Assembly: GCA_964035545.1 (NCBI GenBank)
Contig: OZ037769.1
Location: forward strand, 1,674,001-1,738,000
Origin: Bugula neritina
Taxonomy: Eukaryota; Animalia; Bryozoa
Direction of reading: 5' to 3'
Length of the DNA stretch: 64,000 nucleotides
In this document: piece by piece, positions 12,747 through 25,893 of the stretch
Layout of the letters: each line of letters starts with the position of its first letter
How positions within the stretch are numbered: the stretch's first letter is position 1
The notes under the pieces: generated by a model
What the model was told of the DNA's origin: nothing
The model's input: only the letters and a program-made list of their open reading frames with translations
The model's database searches: none
Made by a program: the position numbers and the translations under genes

Positions 12747-15700
12747 CTAACTCTTCTCTTCCGAGCTGTTGTCATCACAGTTAGTATAATCGGGAGTAGT
12801 TTTCAGAACTGGCCGTTCTTCATAAGAATATCTGAATAACATAAATTCAAACTTCAGGCATTGTATGATAGGATAGGATAATCAGTTGCCATCAAGCGCC
12901 CTTGAACATTGCGGCCACCCACCTAGTGTGTTCTGCCAACGAGATGTATTTTACGTAAGTAATTTGCGTTTAGTTAACCTTGAAATTTTTTTTAGCAATT
13001 TCCATTCTAACAAGTGATGCATAGCACCTGTCATCTTGTGTCATTTACATGGTATATGATGATAGTGATGACACTCACCCATCAGGTACTCTGCATCTGC
13101 CATGTGCTGCAGTATTACACGCTACTAACTTATATTTCACCCTCCGCACTTCTTTCATTTCGTATTCTATTTTAATTTTATATTTCTTGCATTTCCTGTT
13201 GGTACAAAACATTGAATATCACTGAATTTTTATGTAGCAATAGCTTTAATGAAGCGTGTGAGAGCTAAATTTAGATAATTACAATGCGCTTGGTGTACCA
13301 TGACAATGAGGCTTACCTATACTCGCACTTCAGTCCAAACCATCCTGGGGGACAATAGCATGTGTTATACGCTATACACTGGCCCACATTTTGACAAGGG
13401 TTCTTCGCACAAAGATCACTATCAACTTCTGAAATATAGATGAAGAAATAATACTACCATTATTTCACAGAATTGTAATTACTAGCCTATTATCATGACT
13501 CATTAGGCAGGCTCATGGCTCATCAAAAGTTAATATGTTTCTTGAGTAAAGGTAACTCTCATTGGCTACTTTCATCATAGTAATCAAACTATCATTGGCT
13601 ACTTGCGAGATTAGAATCATGAGAAATTGTGCTGTATGGGAAGAAAGGAAATTTTATTTGATATGATAGATGAGACAATAATAGCTATGCAGTTTGACTT
13701 GTAGTGTTTGTACCACTCATAACTTAATCCACATATTCACATTATTATAGAGAGTTCCACTTCCAGCTTAATGTTATTCATGATATACTGAACACCTATG
13801 AGATAAATTGCTCTATTATTTTGGTTGTATAAGAGGTTTATTATCTGGTAGTTGTTATATGCCGGCAATGTTGCAACTCTCCATAAACAGGACCTAGCAG
13901 TTTCTAGTTCATTCATAAGTCAATGTTAGTAGCAGTGACTCAGATTGAGTCTCTTATTAAGCATGAAGATTGTGTTTTCTAATAAATATAAGAATATAAT
14001 CGGCCACAAACTTGAAATAAATATTATGGTATTTGGCTTTGAAAGAGTAGAATTTGAACTGAATCTCATTCTTTTGAAATAAATAACCTATATTTCAACC
14101 AATTAATCAAATTCAAACTCATTAATATAATTTGTCGCATGCTGACAAATGAGTTGGCAGTTTGAGTTCACAGAATTCCAGCCTTTGCATGCTTAGAACT
14201 GCAAGCCCTAGGCCCATGGATCAACTATCAGCAAAACTAAGCAAAATGTAGAGACGCAGGTTTTATGCAGCAACGGAGGTTTTAACATTTTAGTGTAACT
14301 TTCCAACTTACTATATTGGCAAACTTGGCCGCCAAAGCCGACTGGGCATGTGCACTGCTTGCTCTTCCTATCACATGTACCACCGTTGCGACAATTTCCA
14401 CATGTATCTGAAATAAATTCAAGCAGTCTTTGTAAAAACTACCAATATACCTGTTTTATTGAGCAAAATCTCACTCATACTGATAGTAAAGAAGGTCCTC
14501 AGATTGAGATAATATCTACTATTAACTTACCTGATTCACAATTCTTCCCCGTAAAGCCTTTCTTGCATTTGCACACATTTCCTTTTCGGCATTTTCCTCC
14601 ATTTAAACAACCTCCCTCGCAAACCGGCACTACAACATGCAATGGAAGTTGATTATATAAATTGAAACTTTAACATATTTTTAGCTCACATTAACTCTAT
14701 GTGTAAAAGCATTCCTTAAAAAACTATCTGCTGCTCAAATTACAGACTGCAGGCATATGATTTGTATTTGTTCATTCTTCAATCATAATTGGTGCAAGAT
14801 GAAATAGCAGTACATAGACTTTGATATTGATTTCTATGTTAGTGATTGATTAAAGTTATTGATATCCAATTTATATGATCTATTATTAGCTATAGCAATG
14901 ACTAAATATAGTACAGTATTTAATATAAAGAAATAATAATTGAACTTATAAGTGATTGCTTTGTTGTAAATTATTGGACGAATCAGTTTGCTGCATTCTT
15001 ACCAGGTTTGTGACAACGTGAACCTCGCCAACCTGCAAGACACTGGCATCGATTCTTTCCAACACATGTCCCGCCATTTTGACATTCTCGCGTGCACCCT
15101 GCATGGAAAGACAAACACAAAAGATTAAATATTTCTTAATTTCAGCATTGCCTTCACTTCAGACCTCCATGGGTGTTTCAACATAAAGTGACTTGGAGTT
15201 TAGCAGTCCGGAAATGCTTAATGCTTTTGATCAAAGGGAATTTTCGCAGCTTTGCACAGTTTTAATGAAATGGGGATGAGAACAGGCATATTTTATTGAT
15301 GCATTTATGATTTCTTTGAACATTAGATTTTTACATACATTATTGTTATGACTTCGCATAAGCAACTTTTACTTTTGATTAATTGGCTAGTATTCTGTCA
15401 CATTTTTAAGTGCTTTCTCATTCATCAAATTTATTGCAGCCATTAGAATAGGTGAACCTCTCCTAGTAACACTTGTATCAGTCGAAACAATTTAGTATTG
15501 TAATTGCTAGCAGGCTTATGGAAACTTGTAAAACTTATTTTAAAATTCAAAATAAAGGATTGTAATCTATTTTTCTTCTAGGCCGTAAACCTAACTTTTT
15601 TTCTATATTAAAAACCCTACATTTTTTCAAGTTTAGCAGAAAACAAAAACGAGGCAAATTTTAGTTTTAATTCACATATCAAATAATTTTTATGCAAATA

Positions 15701-18700
15701 ACAACAAAATGCTATGCTTTAAATACTCTAGTAACATTGATTTAGTACAGAGCAAGCTATATGCTTGTCTTGGTCGATTTACCAAGTTTACTGTTAGTAA
15801 ATCAGAATTAAATACAATTAATTAAATTTCATATTAATTTAGTGTTATCAAATAAAAATTTAAATTCCTGTTCAATGAAGTTTAAATTATAGTTAACCGC
15901 AATGCATATTTCAGCACAGGTGGGAAGCAATCTTAAGTGGAACTGAATAAGGCAGTCACAAACTTGTATTTTTAAGCCGGTTGAAACACTGACACAGCAG
16001 TCACAATCAGCAAGACTCAATTATGCTATCGAAAAACAGTTTGTTAGAGTTCAATTTAAAAACAATGTTCTATTAAAAAGTTTTTTAAATAAAATTTCTC
16101 AAACCTTTTCTAGGAGTTTTCAATTCTTATTAAAGCGTGGGAAAACTTTTCAAATGATTAGAAATCTTACCGTTGTTATCCTGATGATGGTCGGAGCAGA
16201 ACCGGCCTCCATAGCCACTCGGACATTGACACTGATTGTGGCCGATGCAAACCCCACCATTGCGGCATAAAGGAAAGCATAATGCTAAAATTTAAAGTAG
16301 ATCTTGAATACTAATTATATAATACGCAGTAATTAATTAATCTTAGTGACTCTTGGAAAAGAGTTTAAAGATTAACTCAGGATTATTTACGGCTTATCAA
16401 TTCACAATTACTGTTTGTCATTTGATTATGTAACCACTTAACCAGAGTGAGAATTACAAAAGTTATTAAAAGAAAGGATTCTATGAAATGAGAAAGAAGT
16501 CAGATACATCTGGTGAGTAAAGGTATTTACGTTTATCACATCTGGATCCTGACCAACCAGTCTGGCATCTGCAGACCCCAGGAGCTGTACACTCTCCTTT
16601 ATCACAACCTCTCTCGCAGATAGCTGTCAAACATATATCATTAATTTTCTATCAATTCCAACTCTGCATATATTACTCAGTTTTGAAATGAGATGTGATT
16701 TAGTGACTATTTGAATTTGACATGTATCAGTACTAAAATCAGCTACAATTCCATGTTATCATTTAGTATGGAAGAGAAGTGTATAGACTGGAAACCTTCC
16801 AAAGTAGATGTTTACTATACTCTAGTTTACAAAATTACTCAAGCTTTAGACTATATTATTATGTTGTCCATAAAAGCATTAGTTAATTTACTTTAATCTC
16901 AAATACAGTATATAGCTATGTCATTTGACACCTCAGGTTAGTTTACAAGAGATTTGTGATTGCAACTACTCAGTTTATCTTCAAACTATACAGTTCATTC
17001 TTTTAAAAAAGTTGGTTAAAAATGTTATGGTATATCACTTTATTTAGCAAAAAGTATTAGTTTGCATTTAAAGAATGGATTTTAAGTTATATTTTAGTTA
17101 GTTGGTAGAAGATGTTTTTTTTTCATGCTAACTAAAACATTATCCTCTGATTTATAATCCAATTAATTACATAAGGTATTATATGAAGATATTAAACGTT
17201 AAAGAATTCCTACCTGTTTCACACTTATTTCCTGTCCAGCCAGTTGGGCACCTACACACACCATCCTCTATGCACTGTCCATTATTCTTACAATCACATA
17301 CTACAAATACAACATAATATTATCTTATAACTTATATGAAAACTGAAAAGGGCTCAACTGTGTTTTGTATATATCTGCACTTGTTGCTTTTTCATTTATT
17401 TCTGTGCTCATTTTGTGTGTTTTGGTGTACTTTCTTTAGAAAATCTTGCCTTACTTACTGTAACAAGTTAAAAACCTCTTTAAAGCAATCATAATATAAC
17501 GTAATAGATAATAACAACACAATCAATCACTTAATATCCAGCTGATGTCACTTGATTCACAGGTAAGCAAGGCACTAATTTCAACATTTTGATATTTTGA
17601 ATTATCCATTTGAAAAATAAATTGTGGATAAAGGCTAATAGAGTGATTCATGGTACATGCAGGCTTTATCTATAGAGAAAAAATTCACACCAATAATGCA
17701 AAATAATACCTTGGTGGTTTATATTTGAACTCGAATCAAGTTTCACTTGACATACAAATTTGTTTTGAGTGCAAATTCTTTTGGTAAGATGGTTGAGTAC
17801 TTGTTTGGCTGAAACTACATCTGGCAAACACAACTTAACACCAGCCTAATAAGATTCATTATATTGAAACAACCAGACAAATTTAATTTTGGCAGTCGAA
17901 ATTTAAATCAGAATATATTTCAGCAATTCTAAACATTATATTGTTAAATTAAAATGTTTGGATATTTACATTGTTTAAAAGCATTGAAGCATTAGTTGAG
18001 AATTTGAGTGTAATTGTTTAATCTATTGTTTTAGCTCGTTGCAGAAGATCTTCAAGTGAATCTAATCTTGAACTGACAAGGTATTCTCTACTCACAGTCT
18101 TAACTCATGAACATTGCGGTAAGCTTTCCGTCGCCCTGTATCTATTCTTGCGATTAATTCAGCTGATACCAACATAATACAAGTAACCAGATTGTGGTTC
18201 ATTTAGTGTACACGAGACAATCACTTTTAATCATTGTTTCTTGTAAGAGCACTTTCACTGTTTCCCAAACCTGCAGTCTCTGATGAGGCTTGTTTAATGA
18301 ATGGTTCAAGATTTTTAATCGTTTACTTTGAGATTGTTATCAATTGAGATGCGCTAAATTGTCTGTTGGATTGTTGACTGTATGGGAGATTATATTCATT
18401 ATTATTTACACAATATAATACAAAACCACCACTTGTATTGCTGGACAATTCTAACAAGTTTATAATTTGTCTCAAAGATTTACACACCGAGTTGATAGCT
18501 TAGTGGTCAGATTGCTATTAACACAGTAGCTCCGTATTGACACTATGTTACAATTGGCTCATCAACGATGGCGTCAATGTTTATTAATGCCTTAGGCTCA
18601 TTATCATTATCCCCTAATTTTATGTCCAATTTAAAAAGTTCAATCAGTTTAGAGCCTACTGTAACCCCTAGAAGACCCTACAGCAGTTGCAGTTTTACAA

Positions 18701-21700
18701 ATCAATATAAGACTGTTATAAATTTAATCTTTGTTCAATGGCTTGCCTTAACTAGTAATTACCACAAAAAATGTTAGTCAAAGGTGCACAGGGATTATTT
18801 TATTCCCACGTGAAGTTTTTTGTCATTCAGTGTAACGAGCATATAGTTAGAAAATAAATTAAATACCAAGTCTTATTTCTAAAAACAACTTTTGTAGTAA
18901 AAACTGGTCAAGGAATTTAATGTTGTGAAATAAATTTTTGGATTGAAGCAGTGCTTAGCACTTTTGAACAAACTTTTACTACATCAGTTAATCTACCAGA
19001 TTGCAATATTTCATAATTTCTTTAGCTTCATGTTTTAGTGATATAGAAGGTTTAAGCAACCACAGCCATAGCTACTAGTTCCACATGACAATACTTAATC
19101 TCTCATCAACATGTGGAAACCTTTACTTGCCTTAAATACATGAAAAGATTATGGCAAATCAGATTGCTATGGTTAAAGGGAATGCATGAGCTTAGTGGTT
19201 GAGTTTTAAACAGATTTGACAGAAAATAGCATTATTTTATTCCAAAAATTGCTCTTCCATAAATGATATTGCCAAGTAGCTTTACCTGGACACCGCCCAT
19301 TGAAGCACTGCTTTTCATGAGCCTTAGGGACGTAGTAAGGTATACAATCATCTGGGTTAATCTTGTCGTCTAGACAGAAAGGTGTGCGAGATTTCACTCC
19401 AAATCCACAAGACACACTGCACTCGCTCCAAGTTGACCATTCCCAGTGCTCTGCAATAATTGGATGCATGACTCAGAACGTACCAGACTCAATAAAATAA
19501 TATAATTATGTTGTATTTATTCATGGCTTCTATAATTTATAATAATATACTGACTTATTGGGTGCAACAGCGTACTAACATACCAGCTGACATAAAAAAA
19601 GCTATAACTATCTCAAAAGTAAACCAACAACCAATTTTTTGGAGTTTGCCCTGAATATATTACACTAATAAGGTTTTTTTGCGGCATTGAGAAAATTGTA
19701 TAACCACAAAACACAAGTGAGAGTGGGTGTTTTACCTAGATAGTTTTCTGCGGCAGTTCCACCTCCTGAATTACTCTGTCTTGGAGAGGCATCCGCAGAC
19801 TGGTCTGTCATCTCTCCCCACGTTGAGGAACTGCACTGATTTTTAGCATCATTAGCATCAGATGTGAGAACCAGCTGACTCAGAGCTCCCTGGTAACAAA
19901 GAGAGAGTATAAGCTGCACAGATTATCAATGAAACGAAAACTTCTTAATCCTAAAAATATCTAAGCTTGATCTAATGTAATGCATGCAGAACTGTAATTT
20001 TACTAATGTTACATTATCTATTAGACAGTCAATGTCCAATTACTAGTTCAATTATCCCTGCTATATTAATATTTACTTTTACTTGTTATTAGCTCTTATG
20101 TTGTTGTAAAAATATTGAATAGAAGTTCTTAGATAAACTTTCAATTTTTTTATTCTGATGAGTTTTCTAACCTCAAATCTTTCGTCAGCACCTCTGTCCA
20201 TGGCAAATAGTTTGGACCCGACAATTATTGTAGATTTGTAGACATTTGGTATAAATGGCACGGATTGAATAACCTGGGTGGTCCTCTGGAGACAGTTATA
20301 GTACATAGTGACGTTGGGACCAGACACGCTGAACGCAAACTGATGCCATTGGCCGTCATTTATGTTATCGTGAGGGAGAGGAATCGAGACCGAGCTCATA
20401 CGCCCTGTGCTATGAAGAATCTCAAGAGTTGGGGACGGGTAAGCTTTCAGCCCTAAATACAGTCGACCTGAAGAATCTGAGACTGAAAACAGATACTGGC
20501 CTTCTCTCGGGTATTTAGTCTTGCGAGGGCGGATTCTAGCCATGACTGAAAACCTTTGTGGCCAGAGTGGACTGAAGACTTGAGGCGTAGACACTTGGCT
20601 GTAGAAGTTAGGTGTGATGTCGTAAATCATACTGCCGCTGACATTCAAAGCAATCACACCTTTCTCCATTTCATCAAATTTAGCCAACTCCACTATGTCT
20701 TTCACATCTAAAAGAAGTAATGAAATTGGAAGCAACTCAAATATTAAAATACGAGATTTAATCTTCATGAAGATAAGAACTCTTGAGAGACAGATTAAAG
20801 GTAAATCTATAAGAATTGAGCAGCTTGTGTGGCCTCCAGGCATGTCCCCATTATGCTATTACCACAACATTATTATTAATATGTCAGGTATGCACCTACT
20901 AACATTCATACTAACATCATCTCAATGGGTATTAGACAAACACAGAAGTCCTCCAAACCTCCAGCTTATTCATATCACATTTCGAACTAATACAAGACAT
21001 GTGCTTCCCTTTACCTGCCATTATTATGTCAACTAAATCTTTAATAGTTGTGTATATTTATAGTCATAAAATATGTTGTACATACTGTAATTGCATCCAA
21101 AAGAAGTCATGGTAAAGGAATTTACCATATTTCCTTTTAATGTTATTGTTGAGAAGTATGATTAAATTTGCTGATGAAAAAAAGATGCTGCTGTTTGCTG
21201 TTAGCATTAGCTGGAAGCATTTGATAGCTTTTACTTTGTGTGACACTTTATGCTAAGATTGTATCTTTTTCTCACCCCAAATTAATTAAAATAATCAAAC
21301 CGCATTTCATTTAGCAGCAGATGGTGAAAGATTCTTTAAGACAATTATTGTTATTAGCTAAAAAATAATTTTCAATGCAATTTCAATGGATGGCCCTATG
21401 CAAAACACTATGTTGATGCGTATTTTGCTTGCAAACTTATTAAGTAACATAGCTTAGCTCAGATTTGACTTTTAGAAAATCTGATTTTTTTAAAAATAAA
21501 CCGGCTTTTATTATTAAATTTTAAAAGACATATTATTTAAGTAATGTTCTAACAAAGCAATTATTAAATAACATCTATTAACTGTAATAAACTTAGACCG
21601 TATTTCTAAACCAGTTGTTAATAAATGAAAGGCTGGCCCAGTATCTACCCACAACATTTGTTAGAATAAAAGCTGTCCACAAGTCTGTAACTTTTAAGCT

Positions 21701-24700
21701 TGTTTAATCTACTGGAATAAACATTAACTGGAAATGAGTGAATAATAGCACAACTGTTGTAATAGGAAATTGTAACATTTCATAAACAGGACACATGGTT
21801 TATAGTATTTGTGGGCATTAGTAATTATGCATAGTTGCATGAAGCACAGCCGCATGGATAAATATTTGATATATCCACTATTGCTTATTAATTACTGGTG
21901 CCCTTTACCGATTTAATTAATGTTTGAGCCACTTAGATGCATAAATATTTTTGTTCATTGAAAAATATGATACAACTTGCTTAATAATTCTGGAGCCAAG
22001 AGTTTTAATAAAAGATTCTGGTATCTCAAAAGATTAATTTCATGAACTAATTAATAATTTTGTGAAGCACATACTTTTGCAAACTATGTTGTTGCATTTC
22101 CGTTTCTCTGTATTGTTTCCAGCACATCTATCAGCAGAGATTCTTGTACATTTCCTGACTCGCTGTTGTACACCTTGATCTCCACAGTTCTTTGAGCACG
22201 GTGACCATTCCGACCAAACCTCATACCCTAGAAATCAGTACAATGACAAATATTGGTATTTTTCTTAGCAGACGTAAAGAACAAAGGGTGCTGCTCATTC
22301 TGCTGCAGGTAATGTTGTCAACTCATTTGTGAAATCTGGAGATATTTTTAACCGTGGCTTCGTTTATGATGTCTCGTAATCAATAAAATAGAATCAGCTA
22401 CATTTATTAGCTGCATAATTAATCATTTTTGCTAATCAATGTGATAATAGCAATCAGATGAGCTCTGCTAGTCATTCACAAAGCAGTAAATTAATTACCT
22501 TTATTAGCTACGGTTGACAACAATAGGATAATGCTTGGATTATGTGAAGGAACAATAACACAATGATTATTTCCAATCAATACGAATATTTCACACTAAA
22601 TTACACTGGACACTAATTATATAACAATCTATTAAATTAAATAATGTGATGAGTTTATTAGGCTTTATTTAGATCAATGACATTCTAAGACAATAAAATA
22701 TATGTCTAATTACTATTGATTTAGCCCAGAGTACAGCTATTGTCTATCTTAAGAACAGTTAATCTCAACTTCAGTAAATACCACTAGTTGCAACGATGGC
22801 GTGAGAATCTTCAATGGTCTATAGAATTATAGAAGCTGCTTATGAATAATTTCTCTTCCATGATTGAAGACATTTTTAATTGCATTTTTTATACTTGCTC
22901 TAAGTACATTTCAAGTAATCTTTATTTATGAGAAAACAAAACAGTTACTTCAGAAATATTTGGTGATCATCCTGTAAGCCCTACTTTTTTTAGGTCAATT
23001 TTTTACTGCTTTCAAAAAAAAGCTGCGTGTAACTGGTAACCTATTGACACCATTTACCATAGACCACACGTACGCAGATGAATAGCAAATCATTCATGAT
23101 GCTATGCTAATGAGCTGGAACACACTTCTCTATTTTTAATTTTATTCTAAGTTTTTTGTTGAAGGACTTTAGCTGACCTTGGGAACCTAGAAATTATTCA
23201 TGATGAGTTTTACTTTTCTAAGTTTTGCAAGAGTAAAATGGCCTATTTTTTGGCATTAGCATACCAATTACCTAAAACCTCTTTATTATACATCTGGTTG
23301 CTTTGACTCAACTGAAAGCTTTCTCTGACTCACAGTAATTAGCATTAAAATGGTAAAATGTTCTGCAGGAGAATTCGTTATGCAACACTTTTAGTTAATC
23401 TAATTTTAACCTTGACACTCGACAAGTTTATTCTGACTACTATATTCTGTGTTTTACTTAAACACATGCTATATACTATCAATGTTTGCATTATTTCTGC
23501 TTTAATTATCATATCAAGCAGAAAAAACAACAGCTCTAGGCGCCAGCAAAGTTTGAAAGAAGCATTTTGGTTCTCGAAACAACAACTTTCCTGATGTTTC
23601 AGTGTTGTTTATCACACATCTTACCTGATCATGCAGAAGAAATTAGGATGCAAACAATACAGCACACTGCACTACAAACAACACAATAGCACCTTTTGGG
23701 ACAAAATTTAAGTAACGTAAAATCAACTGGGTACATTGTTACAGGGTATCCTAACATCCTGGCTTCTAACGCACAGATAGACAAAACACTTGCAGACTTT
23801 GATTGAAGCAGCGGGCTAGGCTGCCGCAGTATTAATAATATCCTAATGTTTTCACAACTATGTAAACCTTTCCACTTATTTAATTGACAAGGGCTTAAAA
23901 TTTGACAAATTAGAGTACGTTATGCTAATAGCAATAGGGTGAAATTTTGAGAAATCCAATCTAATTTGATATAAACATGATCATCACGTTACTGTCTGGC
24001 CTGTCAACACTCCTTACTATGATTTCAACACCCGGCATGAATCATTTTATCATCTAGGTAGAAAAGAAACTGAGGGCTTCACATATTAGATGTAAAAATG
24101 TACGTTTAATTTGTTCAATTTTAGTAACAAGTTGGATAAAATTGCACTAATTTTAAACCGATCAATATATAGATGAACCAGAATACATATTTGCTAAATT
24201 ATTGATATTCTGTAACCTTGAATGATGGATCATTGCGAATAATGCCTATCTTTATATTAGTATAGAGTTTGCCATAGCCAATAGGCCTGGTGGTGCATTG
24301 AGTACACAAACTGCTTATACAACGTAGACTGTGATTAGGGCCACCAACTCCCAGCTCTGTCTGGGTGGCCATCAGCAAAGCTTCTCTTTGTATTTACTGT
24401 TGGTTCTGTGCTAATATTTTGCCCTCAAGTTTGCTCAGTAAAACAGTGGACCTTTTCAATGTTGCCAAAATACATATAACTTTGTTTATTGTTGGAGATG
24501 AAAAATTATGCCAAAAGTTGCTTGTTGATTAACTGCGAAATTATGTAAATTTTTCTATAAAATGGAAATATTTGTGCTCATGAAATATGTATTGTAGAAG
24601 TGTAGATGTGAGTGCATATTAAGTTGTATTGCTAGTAAAGCAATTCTAAGCCATTACTATGAACTATGAGTATAACTGATTGTTACTTATTCCAGGAACT

Positions 24701-25893
24701 GCAACTATTCTACTCCATTTGTCTCCTAATGTTGCTTCACTAATTGTAAATCACAGGGCCAGGTGGGCCCAACGGCTTCCAGTACAATTACATACAATTT
24801 CTAGGATGCACACCAGTTTTGTTGTAAATGACAAATTGAATTAAAATTTTGCTATAAACTTTTTGTTGTGTTAACAATATACTCGGCTGATGCAGGTGGT
24901 GCCCTAACCCTTCTAACAGTAGCTATGTATGTATATAAGCACGTATATACAAGTATAGATGTATATATTCTCACACGCATATTATATACATATCCCTCAA
25001 TCCTTGATTAGCCTAGACTCATTTATCAATATATTAATTAAATAATTCTCATTTTAATACTAGAGTAAAAAGTTTAATTGCCAGTTATCAAAATAAAAAT
25101 AATGACATAACCGGGTGATTACTTTAAATAATTGTCTATATTATATCAGAGTGCACTCCATTAATATTCTTAGAAGATATTAAATTTGAACCAGTTTTTT
25201 TTTAGCTTATGCAATTTAGAAAACAACAGTCATTCGTGGCAATTAAGAAACTGATTCTGTCAACTTTAAAAATAAATGCTCACTGTATCATTTAAAGTAT
25301 CCACAAAGCAGCAAATGCAGAATAAATGCAATATGGGGACCATTAGAAATTAGTAAGCTCTGACACATTCTATGAGCTCTAACACCCTCTGACACATTCT
25401 TTGAGCTCTAACACCCTCTGACACATTTCATAAGCAACTCACCAAGGTTCTGGAGGATGACTTTGTCCTCCATCTGCATCGTCCAGATCTCTGCGGCTCC
25501 AAACAGATCCGAATAATGTGCCGAGAGATGATCATCAACAATGTGTAGAAATAACATAAACACATGTTCCTCGTTTAAGTCAGCAAAGCACCTCAACATG
25601 CTGCCAAAGTTTGAAATCTTGTGGACATCTTCGGGTAGAGATGAGTTGTGAGGAATGGATTCTATAAGACTGGCCCCTTTCAATGTCCTGAGAATTTTGA
25701 AGTCTACAGAGTAGGTGGTCTGTTCATCTGCTAGGTGCTTGTAAGACTTGGTAACGTAGCCAACCACCACAATGGCTGCTTTAGCTGCACGTTCTTCTGC
25801 CGGAAGTTTTACCCAGTCGAAAGCTTGAGGACAAGCTTGGGTTAGAGTCACAAATAAAGTCAAAATGAAAAGTTGCTGCGTGAGGCTTTTCAT
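12747..25893 (-). CDS. Secreted mosaic ECM-type protein: signal peptide, NtA (agrin N-terminal)-like, TSP1, LamG/TSPN, TSP1, 7 EGF-like, C-terminal EMI-like; ~785 aa
   Basis: Exons 25893-25443, 22227-22075, 20707-20172, 19889-19736, 19450-19286, 17300-17214, 16623-16531, 16284-16171, 15098-15003, 14629-14531, 14407-14312, 13428-13317, 13195-13079, 12831-12747; all GT-AG, total 2358 nt with no internal stop. Signal [23 protein letters not shown]1 [12 protein letters not shown] and [12 protein letters not shown]. Lam[21 protein letters not shown]...FEGALSQL. EGFs of CxNGGxC...CxCxxGWxGxxC type. Joining exon 1 to exon 2 rests on phase-1 compatibility and the lack of another plausible start. Confidence 0.85.
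25355..25427. repeat. 29-bp tandem repeat (~2.5 copies) starting ~15 nt into intron 1 of the NtA/EGF gene
   Basis: CTCTGACACATT at 25358, 25387, 25416. Confidence 0.85.

Noticed and set aside
18552-18668. Possible extra exon of the NtA/EGF gene ([15 protein letters not shown]...)
   Set aside because: Weak donor and a phase-0 end, incompatible with the next phase-1 EGF exon; no recognisable domain.
23625-23757. Possible alternative first exon of the NtA/EGF gene (good CAG|GTAAGA donor, Cys-rich hydrophobic peptide)
   Set aside because: In-frame TGA just before the donor, and stops in the other frames.
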